A DNA stretch of 64,000 nt, taken from NCBI GenBank assembly GCA_025454115.1, contig JALOPB010000003.1, positions 7,036-71,035 on the forward strand. The letters are read 5' to 3'. The notes below the pieces were generated by a model. The model worked only from the letters and a program-made list of their open reading frames with translations. It was not told where the DNA came from and made no database searches. Below, one piece after another: positions 39,127-46,995 of the stretch (position 1 is its first letter; every line of letters begins with the position of its first letter). Source of the DNA: Desulfobacterales bacterium. Its GTDB lineage: Bacteria > Desulfobacterota > Desulfobacteria > Desulfobacterales > SpSt-501. The translations under genes were made by a program, and so were the position numbers.

Positions 39127-40644
39127 TCATTCCTGGGTGAGTTCAATTTCAACCCGTCGGTTCTGCTGTCGGCCTTCAGGGCTGTCGTTTGATGCAATGG
39201 GGTTTTTGGGACCTAGCCCCACAGCCATCAGGTGGGAGGCGTTGACCCCCTTGCCGGCCAGATAGCTCTTGATCGAATTGGCTCTGAACTGGGAGACACT
39301 CACGTTGTAGGTAACCGAGCCCACGGAATCCGTGTAACCTCGTATGCTGGCCTTCAGTTCCCGGCGAGATTTGAGAAACAGCGCAATCTGGTCAAGAGCT
39401 GCCAAGGCTTCTGAGGTAAGCTCGTTGGAATTGTAAGGAAAGAAGATCATCACCCGGCCGCGCGAAAAAGGGTTCGCGGCGAGCGCGTCGGAGGAAACCG
39501 GCTCCGGACGGCTGCCTGAGGCAGCGACGGCAACGGGTGGAATCGGCTTCGTTGAGGATGGATCTCTAGAGGCTTCCTCGGTTTCAGCGGCGGCTGGAGG
39601 TTCAGTTGCCATCGATGGGTTGGAAAGCCCCTTGTACGTTTGGGGGGCGATATCCTCCAACGACCATCGCTGGGACTCCTGGGAACGGTATTGGTAGATC
39701 ATGAAGCCGGCGAAACCCAAGAGCAGCAGGACGACCAGCACCACCGGCATTTTCCAACCAGACGCTCGGGTCGAAGCCGTTGATTCGGCGGATGCAGCCG
39801 AGTAATCGCTGAAGGCACTACTGCCTGGTAGAGTTGAGGCACTCGGCAGACGCAGTTCTTTTTCGCATTCCTGGATCAGTTGATGATCAATGGATTTTGC
39901 ACCCGCGGCATACCCCGTCAACAACGCATGATCGCAGATGATGTTGATCAATCGTGGATAGCCGCGTGAAAACGAATGGATCTGCCGAATCGCCGCTGAG
40001 GTGAAAATGTCCTTCTGCGCTCCGGCTACTTTCAAGCGATGGCGAATGTAAAGCGGGGTTTCGAGGTCCTTCAGCGGCTCGATGTGGTAGCTAACCGTAA
40101 TTCGCTGACGGACCGCCTTGCTGCGTTCGTCCAACAGAATTCGGTTGAACTCGGTCTGGCCGACGAAGAAAATATTGATCAGTTTGCGGTTCTCAAGCTC
40201 GATATTCGACAGCAGTCGGATCTGTTCGAGCATCTCAACCGTGAGTCGCTGCGCTTCATCGATGACCAACAGCACTTTTTGTCGAGTGGAATACGCCTTG
40301 AGCAAAAATTGCTTGAATTCGATCAGGAATTCGCCTTTCGAAGCGAAGCGACGATTCATGCGGAACTCGACGGCCAGAAAATTGAAAAAGTCGACCGTCT
40401 CCATGCCCGGATCCGGGATGGTCGCCACGATGGCGGCCACGTCAATGGTCTTGATCAGCAGTTTGATCAGGGCCGTTTTGCCGGTTCCGACATCGCCGGT
40501 AAGCAGGAGGAAGCCCTTGTCCTCCAAGATGCCGTACTTGAGGGTCGCCAGCGCCTCGGCGTGCTTTTCTCCCAGCCACAGGAATTTCGGATCCGTGGTG
40601 ATTTGGAAGGGCTTTTGCGTTAGCTGGTAAAATGAGAGATACAT
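39127..40644 (-). CDS. ExeA/GspA-like AAA+ ATPase with a TM helix and a periplasmic OmpA-like peptidoglycan-binding domain
   Basis: The N-terminus reads MYLSFYQLTQKPFQITTDPKFLW...LLTGDVGTGKTAL (Walker A), with LLVIDEAQ as Walker B. A TM helix is WKMPVVLVVLLLLGFAGFMIY, followed by a Pro/Ala/Ser linker. The C-terminal OmpA_C-type motifs are RGYTDSVGS...NVSVSQFRANSI...NRRVEIEL. Confidence 0.8.
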   Translation of the reverse strand: MYLSFYQLTQKPFQITTDPKFLWLGEKHAEALATLKYGILEDKGFLLLTGDVGTGKTALIKLLIKTIDVAAIVATIPDPGMETVDFFNFLAVEFRMNRRFASKGEFLIEFKQFLLKAYSTRQKVLLVIDEAQRLTVEMLEQIRLLSNIELENRKLINIFFVGQTEFNRILLDERSKAVRQRITVSYHIEPLKDLETPLYIRHRLKVAGAQKDIFTSAAIRQIHSFSRGYPRLINIICDHALLTGYAAGAKSIDHQLIQECEKELRLPSASTLPGSSAFSDYSAASAESTASTRASGWKMPVVLVVLLLLGFAGFMIYQYRSQESQRWSLEDIAPQTYKGLSNPSMATEPPAAAETEEASRDPSSTKPIPPVAVAASGSRPEPVSSDALAANPFSRGRVMIFFPYNSNELTSEALAALDQIALFLKSRRELKASIRGYTDSVGSVTYNVSVSQFRANSIKSYLAGKGVNASHLMAVGLGPKNPIASNDSPEGRQQNRRVEIELTQE

Positions 40645-40726
40645 GCCATGCCCGCGCCTAAATGGGGTCAGTCGAGCCGCTCTGTTTCCGGCAGCGGCGG
40701 CGAATTGATCAAAAAACGGGTTGCGT

Positions 40727-41284
40727 TCAGCGTGCCCGGATAAATCCTCGTCCGTAGTAAAAATAGATGGCGATCCAGAGAATGAAAAACAGAAGTAAAT
40801 AAGCAGTTCGTTGCCGAATCAATTTTTCCCGGCGCTTGTCGACAAGGTTCGCTGAATTTTTAAGCTCGCGCTTGACGATATCGAGCTCGTTCAGCAAACC
40901 GTCCACATCGGCCGTTTCGGAATACGCAACCAGCCGCTTGGACTTATTCTCGAAATCGCGGACGCTGTAGGCATCGAACATGATCTTCTGCTTTTCCGTC
41001 AGATACGATACTTCATGGATCTCCTTGGCCAGCTCCGCACAGTAAAACTTCCGATAAGGATTTTTTTTCGGGGCCTCGCCCAGCTGTCGGGTCCGCCGTT
41101 CGATTCCACCATCCAATTCGGTTGAGATTTCACCCAGGATTCGGTCCAAGTCTTTAATGGCGCTGTGATTTTTGAGCAGATCTTCACCGGAGAACGCCGA
41201 AACGAAAAATATAAGCAATCCAGACGTCAGGCAGCTAGCAAGGATCTTGAAAATAATAACGAGATCCCGGTTCAATCTGGGCAT
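40727..41284 (-). CDS. Hypothetical membrane protein (N- and C-terminal TM helices flanking a coiled-coil region)
   Basis: 185 aa. TM helices LVIIFKILASCLTSGLLIFFVSAF and AYLLLFFILWIAIYFYY. AT-richer by eye than its neighbours. Preceded by a near-consensus promoter and an aaagga SD. No family recognised. Confidence 0.5.
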   Translation of the reverse strand: MPRLNRDLVIIFKILASCLTSGLLIFFVSAFSGEDLLKNHSAIKDLDRILGEISTELDGGIERRTRQLGEAPKKNPYRKFYCAELAKEIHEVSYLTEKQKIMFDAYSVRDFENKSKRLVAYSETADVDGLLNELDIVKRELKNSANLVDKRREKLIRQRTAYLLLFFILWIAIYFYYGRGFIRAR

Positions 41285-41367
41285 TTCCCGGTTATCCTTT
41301 CACCCGACGAAAGCAACTTCAGGAAGACAAATATAACTCTCTTATATTACAATACAAAATATTATAA

Positions 41368-41396
41368 ATTTTATCGAAAAGCTTACCGCGTGTCAA
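41368..41396 (-). promoter_or_regulatory. Near-consensus sigma70 promoter (TTGACA-N17-TAAAAT) for the 40727-41284 gene and probably the downstream ExeA-like gene
   Basis: The plus strand reads tgtcaa at 41391-41396 and atttta at 41368-41373. Read on the minus strand this is TTGACA-17 nt-TAAAAT, about 85 nt upstream of the ATG at 41284. Confidence 0.5.
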
Positions 41397-41442
41397 TACG
41401 ACGGCCCGGTATTGCCCGGAAAGCTGGAGCACAGCGGGGATT

Positions 41443-42270
41443 TCATCGAGCCATATCGGATTCTTGGGCGGCTTTCAAGTTTTGTCGAATCTGATCAACA
41501 TCGTTGGACTCTCCCATATGTTGTTCCACCCAATCCGGCGGTTTGTCGAAGTCCCGCGCCAATGCGTTCAGGGCTTCGTGGAAACTGTCGTAGCTGGTAT
41601 CCGGTCCGGTCATATATTTCTGAGCGCGTCGGGGGTTGTAAAATTCAATGACGCCTCCCGGCAGGGCAGCCGAAGTCATTTTGGCGGAGGCCGAATCCGA
41701 GAGGCGCGATGCCAGCGTTTCCCGCACCTCGCTCAGTTCGTTGCTGTCGCCCAGGTTTTCCTCGATCCAGGACGTTGACCGGTTGAACTCTTCCGCCAAG
41801 GCTGAAATGGCATCCCGGAATGTATCATGTTGACGGGTGGTACTGCTCCAATATTTTTTAGGCCGCCGCGGGTCGTAAAATGCGATACCTTTAGGCTTCG
41901 GGGGTGTTGACGCCGATGGGGTTTCCAATTTCGGCGCCGGAGCGGGTCGTCTGCTGGGCGCCTGCGAAGAGTCGGCTTCCTGGGCATTCTTCGAATCCAG
42001 CTCCGGCTCGACGGTTAAACCTTTTTCGATACGTGCCACATCGGACTTGCGATAGATCAACAGCCCCCCGTCATATTCACAGTGGACTTCATCGCCTTTT
42101 TCCCAGGCGCTACCCTCACATAAGGTTCGCATTCCATCTTGAAAGTAAATCGTGTCCGCGGCGATCGCAGCCAAACCTCCGAACCAAACTGAAAATCCGA
42201 CCAGGGCAGCCACCCGCAACGGCAGCAGGCGTTGCCGGTTTATCTCATTATTCCTCGATGCATCCGTCAT
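41443..42270 (-). CDS. Secreted or anchored protein with a small N-terminal beta-type module and a tandemly duplicated ~58-aa domain, function unknown
   Basis: Signal/anchor LLPLRVAALVGFSVWFGGLAAIAA, then a Pro-rich linker. Two homologous blocks follow: FYDPRRPKKYW...FRDAISALAEEFNRSTSWIEENLGDSNELSEVRETL and FYNPRRAQKYM...FHEALNALARDFDKPPDWVEQHMGESNDVDQIRQNL. Confidence 0.6.
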   Translation of the reverse strand: MTDASRNNEINRQRLLPLRVAALVGFSVWFGGLAAIAADTIYFQDGMRTLCEGSAWEKGDEVHCEYDGGLLIYRKSDVARIEKGLTVEPELDSKNAQEADSSQAPSRRPAPAPKLETPSASTPPKPKGIAFYDPRRPKKYWSSTTRQHDTFRDAISALAEEFNRSTSWIEENLGDSNELSEVRETLASRLSDSASAKMTSAALPGGVIEFYNPRRAQKYMTGPDTSYDSFHEALNALARDFDKPPDWVEQHMGESNDVDQIRQNLKAAQESDMAR

Positions 42271-42396
42271 GTTGGGGATTGCCTTAGAAGACTATAGCTG
42301 AGCGACTGTACGTGTAACCATAACAGTTTTTGAAATTGAACGAAAGAGCGGGTGCGTCGCGACTCGATTGAGGGCGGGTTTGAAAGCAAAGAAGGA

Positions 42397-42786
42397 TCAG
42401 GAGGGAGCGCTTTCGGTTTGGCCTTTGAGCGTATCTCTGACTGTTCTTAGGAGCTCCTGCCGGTCGATGGGCTTCGAGAGGGTATAGGTTGCCCCCAGCT
42501 TCTTTGCCCCGCGCAGATAGCCATCCGGACGATTCAAGCCCCCTCCAGACATGGCAATGATTTTTATGAAAGAAAATTCCTTTTTCAGCTCAAGAATCAT
42601 CCCGATCCCATCCTTGTTGGGCATGATGAGATCGGTAATGATCAGGTCCGCCGGCTTTTCACGGAAACATCGGATCCCCTCCACACCATCCGAGGCTTCG
42701 TCCACGGCATAGCCTGCACGCTCTAAAACGAGCCGGATCATGGACCGAATGGGGGCTTCATCATCAATTATCAGGATGCGTTCCAT
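42397..42786 (-). CDS. Stand-alone CheY-like response-regulator receiver
   Basis: Motifs ILIIDDE, the phospho-acceptor region DLIITDLIMP, IIAMSGGG and LSKP. 129 aa with no output domain. Confidence 0.9.
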   Translation of the reverse strand: MERILIIDDEAPIRSMIRLVLERAGYAVDEASDGVEGIRCFREKPADLIITDLIMPNKDGIGMILELKKEFSFIKIIAMSGGGLNRPDGYLRGAKKLGATYTLSKPIDRQELLRTVRDTLKGQTESAPS

Positions 42787-43051
42787 ATATGTTTTGTTCG
42801 GACGGAATTCTACAAACGGATGACAAACAGGTTTTATAATATATTAGACCATAATTCCGGCCAGGTTTCAACCCCGCGTGGCGGCGGACCTGCATGCGCA
42901 TGAATAGAATCGTCGATCCGTGCGCCGCCGCCGATCATCCCGATACCAGCTGATTTCCTTTAGATTTTTATCAAATTGCCGAATATAAGAGCATGTCCCG
43001 GCAGGTTCGATCGATGGGTTTCGGATCCAGGCCGTAACGACGATCTAAACG

Positions 43052-43960
43052 ATGAACGGCACCCATTCAAATTTCTACGATTCCTCGCATGCCATCGGCA
43101 TGACCATCGGTAACGCGACTATCGTGAAGGAGCTGGCACGTGGAAACATGGGGATCGTCTTTATTGCCTATCAATCTAATTTGAAGCGTCGCATCGCGGT
43201 GAAAGTGCTGCCGAAATGGTTGTGTACGGATGAATCCATCCGCCGCTTTGAGCAGGAAGCCGAGGCCGTTGCCGGACTATCGCACCCGAACATCGTACCG
43301 ATTTATGACATTGGAGAGACTGAGCAGTTTCGATATTTCACCATGCAGTTGATCGATGGAATTCCCCTTTCGGCCGTTCTCGAACGAATTTCAAGACATA
43401 TCCTTCCATCCCGACGCATCCTTCCGTTGAAAACAACGCTATCGGTTCTTCGGCAACTGATCGAGGCGCTGGGGTATGCGCACAGTCGAGGCGTGATCCA
43501 TCTCGACATCAAACCCGAGAATGTTTTGATGTGCACCGACGCGCACATCCCGATTATCACCGATTTCGGGATTTCCAGATGGGTCGGTCGTTCCAGCGAA
43601 GCCGACTCGGTGCTGCGAGGAAGCCCTCTATATATGGCCCCGGAGCAAGTCGCTCTTGAACAAACCGATGCCCGCACGGATATCTATGCGCTCGGCGTGC
43701 TTCTTTTCCGGCTGCTGGTCGATAAGCTGCCGTTGGTTGCGTGTGCTTCCTATACCGATCTGCTCAGAAGGAAATTCAACAAGCAAACGATTTTTTCCCG
43801 GCGTCCGTCCCAGGTCAATCCACGGCTCAATTCGGAAATCGATGCCATCGTGGCCACTGCAACGGCGTCCGACCTGCGGCAGCGATATCCGTCCGGCAGC
43901 CAGTTTTGGGATGCCTTGCGCAGTTACAGACGCAAATTCCTGGACGGTGATGAAACATGA
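43052..43960 (+). CDS. Soluble Hanks-type Ser/Thr protein kinase (non-RD)
   Basis: Motifs RGNMGIV (G-loop), IAVKVL (catalytic Lys), EAEAVAGLSHPNIV, HLDIKPENVL (HLD instead of HRD), TDFGIS and YMAPEQ. There is no TM or sensor domain. Confidence 0.9.
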   Translation: MNGTHSNFYDSSHAIGMTIGNATIVKELARGNMGIVFIAYQSNLKRRIAVKVLPKWLCTDESIRRFEQEAEAVAGLSHPNIVPIYDIGETEQFRYFTMQLIDGIPLSAVLERISRHILPSRRILPLKTTLSVLRQLIEALGYAHSRGVIHLDIKPENVLMCTDAHIPIITDFGISRWVGRSSEADSVLRGSPLYMAPEQVALEQTDARTDIYALGVLLFRLLVDKLPLVACASYTDLLRRKFNKQTIFSRRPSQVNPRLNSEIDAIVATATASDLRQRYPSGSQFWDALRSYRRKFLDGDET

Positions 43961-46140
43961 TACCATTGCGTTCCAGTAAGAAGGGCCATCACAAAGCCGG
44001 CAAGTCCTTCGTGCTCATGTTCAATCGTGTTTCCATGTACGGCCCGGGGCATCCCTATTCGGTTCAGGCAGTAGAGGAATTTTACCGGTCCATCCGTGAT
44101 TTGCTGCAGATCGCTTCACCCGTGGTGTTGATATACCGTCGGGGGCAGTTTTTCCTGGAGGACGAGCCGCTGGATCCAAGCCTGAATTATTTCAAGATGG
44201 CGTCCCACTTTAAAAGGGCGCAGGTAACATCAATTGCTGTGTTTCAGGATGTTCAAAAGCGTGAAGTGGAAGATTTTATAGGGATATTTTTAGACACGCG
44301 TAACTACCCGACAGTCGATCGGATAAAAGCCGCCGCCGAATCGGTGTCGATCGCCCACATCCGCATCAATCATATTTCCTATCGGAAGGTGAGCGAAGAT
44401 GATCGCATCGTATCAAAATCAACCGTCGTCAATACAGAGACCCTCAGCAATAAATTGAACGCCTCTCAGCAGTACCAGGAAGCCCTGGGGATGATCGCCG
44501 GAAAATTGCTCATGGAAGAGGTCGACCAGGAGTTGTGTTTGAAACGGCTGATCACCGACCCGTTCGCCTACTCGATAAACCTGGTTAGCCAAGAGGTGAC
44601 CGAGCGGAGCCGTGGGACGAAAGATGTTCAACGTCCGGTTTACTCCATTAGCGGGCATTTGGCGGCGTTGGGCCATGAAATCAAGAACGTGTTATCCGAC
44701 GGCTCGGGGATCAGCCTTTCGGACCTAGCCGCTGCCTTGGTAAAGATGAAGCATGGGCTCCAGGATGCGATAAAAGCACAGCGGTCCTTGGGCGCCTGGC
44801 TGGATCCGTCAGAGACCGTCTATCAGCAAGCCGAAGACCTATCGGATACCGTCATACTGGAGTTGATAAAAAAAGAATACCAGCACGGCCGGACACCCGT
44901 AGCGCGGCTGGCCTTTCTGCTACAGCGAATCGTTGCGACGGAACCGGAGTTGCGTCGGCTTCTGCCCAAGATCAGGGATAGCCTCGTTGCCGAAGGCATG
45001 CCGCTGTCAGTTTTCTGGGAACTCATCCAGCACCTGGGCCAGGATCGTCAGAATGCACCGTTGGCCGAATGGCTCCATCAAGGCGCTGAGGCCATCGGAA
45101 TGAACGCAGGCGATTTGATGAGCCGCTGGAAAGCGGATCCCTCCCGCCTGACTCAGTTTTTATATTTGGCAACCGAAATCGAGCAGCAGGCGGGCAGTGC
45201 TCAACCGCTGTGCGACATCCTGGTTGAATATATTGAACGGTTCAAACCGAAAATGATTAACGTTGGAGCCGACCCGGAGGCAACCAGCGGTAGACAGCTT
45301 CGAAATCTGGCCGCTTTATTCAATGCCCAGCTGGTCGAAGGCTTGCGCGGCCAGGGGACGGACTCTCAGCTCATCAATCAGGTGGAAAAACGATTAGCGG
45401 AAAGGCTGGACGCCAGCGTCCAGGCGATACGCACTGAACTGGCGGCATACCACGCATCGATCGGCACTCAGGATCTCCGTCAAGCGACGCTGCTGCAACG
45501 CCTGGAGGAAGGGCTGAGCGACGATCAGGAGCTAAAGCGGATTCTCAAAGAAATTCGATCCAGCAGCGAAGGGTCGCGGTGGGACGAAAACGACTTCCAA
45601 CAGATTTTCGAACGGATACAAACTGCTAGGAATAATCGTCGGAAGAAAATTATCGCCCTCCATGATCTTATTTTCAATAAAGAGATTACCTTCGCGCTGT
45701 TGGAAAAGGAGATTTCACGTTCGGCCAGGTATGGGACCAGTTTAAGCGGAATCACCTTTTCCGTTCTTCACATGGTCGCGCCCGGCACGGCTCCAGACAA
45801 CGGCACCGAGCCGACCGAAGCGCTCCTTGCATTTTTGCAGGCGATCCAGCAACGGTTGCGCACGGCAGATTGGATGGGGACGTTGAGTCATGGGCTTTTT
45901 ATTGCGGTATTGCCGATGACGACCGTCAAAGAGGCGCACCTCACCGCCCGGCGGTTGATGAAACATATCAATTCGAAACCGGGTGCCCCCCCGGGTCCGG
46001 CCGGTCCGGCCAAGCTCGCCGGATCGGTGGTTCATTATGACCAACAAACCATTGCCAACGCCGATGCGTTCATTCGTTGCGCCAGCCGTGAACACGCGGA
46101 AATGATCCAGCGGCTGCGCAATCTGCAGGAATTCATGTAG
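43957..46140 (+). CDS. 727-aa protein of unknown family ending in a degenerate (inactive) GGDEF-like domain that retains an RxxD I-site
   Basis: The ATG overlaps the kinase stop (ATGA). The C-terminal region FALLEKEISRSARYGTSLSGITFSV...LQAIQQRLRTADWMGTLSHGLFIAVLPMTTVKEAHLTARRL follows the GGDEF-domain pattern. SHGLF replaces GGDEF and the metal-binding DxD region is missing. RTAD sits five residues upstream of SHGLF. Confidence 0.6.
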   Translation: MIPLRSSKKGHHKAGKSFVLMFNRVSMYGPGHPYSVQAVEEFYRSIRDLLQIASPVVLIYRRGQFFLEDEPLDPSLNYFKMASHFKRAQVTSIAVFQDVQKREVEDFIGIFLDTRNYPTVDRIKAAAESVSIAHIRINHISYRKVSEDDRIVSKSTVVNTETLSNKLNASQQYQEALGMIAGKLLMEEVDQELCLKRLITDPFAYSINLVSQEVTERSRGTKDVQRPVYSISGHLAALGHEIKNVLSDGSGISLSDLAAALVKMKHGLQDAIKAQRSLGAWLDPSETVYQQAEDLSDTVILELIKKEYQHGRTPVARLAFLLQRIVATEPELRRLLPKIRDSLVAEGMPLSVFWELIQHLGQDRQNAPLAEWLHQGAEAIGMNAGDLMSRWKADPSRLTQFLYLATEIEQQAGSAQPLCDILVEYIERFKPKMINVGADPEATSGRQLRNLAALFNAQLVEGLRGQGTDSQLINQVEKRLAERLDASVQAIRTELAAYHASIGTQDLRQATLLQRLEEGLSDDQELKRILKEIRSSSEGSRWDENDFQQIFERIQTARNNRRKKIIALHDLIFNKEITFALLEKEISRSARYGTSLSGITFSVLHMVAPGTAPDNGTEPTEALLAFLQAIQQRLRTADWMGTLSHGLFIAVLPMTTVKEAHLTARRLMKHINSKPGAPPGPAGPAKLAGSVVHYDQQTIANADAFIRCASREHAEMIQRLRNLQEFM

Positions 46141-46238
46141 CACCGGTATGAAAGGAGCGGCGAGGCTAGCCGTGGAAGCGTCGCAAGACGGCCGAGGGGA
46201 ACGCAACCGAAACCGTTGAAACCGGCGAGGAGTTAAAA

Positions 46239-46979
46239 ATGGCGATTTTATCATTGCGGTATCGTGGCAACGAATTGCGCAATTTTCCGATCGGGGTCGG
46301 GGATTCATTTGTCATCGGCCGGCATCCAGTCAATGACATTGTAATCGACAACCTGGCGGTGTCGTTCCAGCACGCAAAAATTGAATCCATTGGCGATGAA
46401 TTCCTGCTGATCGATTTAAAGAGTGAAAACGGCTCGTTTGTCAACGATCAGCGCATCAAAGCGCATTGGTTGATCGATGGAGACGAGATCACCATCGGGA
46501 AGCACTGCCTGATGTTTGCCAATCCGAAGAGCAACCACGTCTGTACTTCCGGGCCTGAGTCGATCATTAAGACCATGCAGATCGACACGGAAAGGCTTAG
46601 AGCGCTGCTCAGGCAAGACCGACCGCAGCCTCCATGCGATGCGCCTGCCCCCAAGACGTCAGCGCTCGATGATCGAGTCGGCCTCAAAGCACTATTGGTG
46701 GTTCTGTCCGGGGAGAAAAAAGAACTGATTTTAGGCGATACACCGGTCCGGATCGGCAAAGCGGCGAATGCCGATATCGTTGTACGCGGGTTCGGGGTTG
46801 GGTCGACAGCGGCGGTGGTGAATCGCCTGCCTGACGGTTGGTATCTCAGCTATGTCGGAGGACTGGCCAAGATCCGCGTGAATCGGGTGCCGGTCAAGAG
46901 CTCCATCAAGCTCCAGCGGTTAGATGTCATCCGCCTGCGAGGCACCATGATCCAGTTTCTGCTTTCGGCCGGCGGCTGA
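46239..46979 (+). CDS. Tandem FHA-domain protein (first FHA canonical, second degenerate)
   Basis: FHA1 is FVIGRHPVNDIVIDNLAVSFQHAKI...LIDLKSENGSFVND, with the conserved GR, SxxH and NG residues. The second block, VRIGKAANADIVVRG...RVNRVPV, is FHA-like but lacks the Ser/His pair. A gaggag SD lies 7 nt upstream. Confidence 0.8.
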   Translation: MAILSLRYRGNELRNFPIGVGDSFVIGRHPVNDIVIDNLAVSFQHAKIESIGDEFLLIDLKSENGSFVNDQRIKAHWLIDGDEITIGKHCLMFANPKSNHVCTSGPESIIKTMQIDTERLRALLRQDRPQPPCDAPAPKTSALDDRVGLKALLVVLSGEKKELILGDTPVRIGKAANADIVVRGFGVGSTAAVVNRLPDGWYLSYVGGLAKIRVNRVPVKSSIKLQRLDVIRLRGTMIQFLLSAGG

Positions 46980-46995
46980 ATTATCATGAGCCAGT

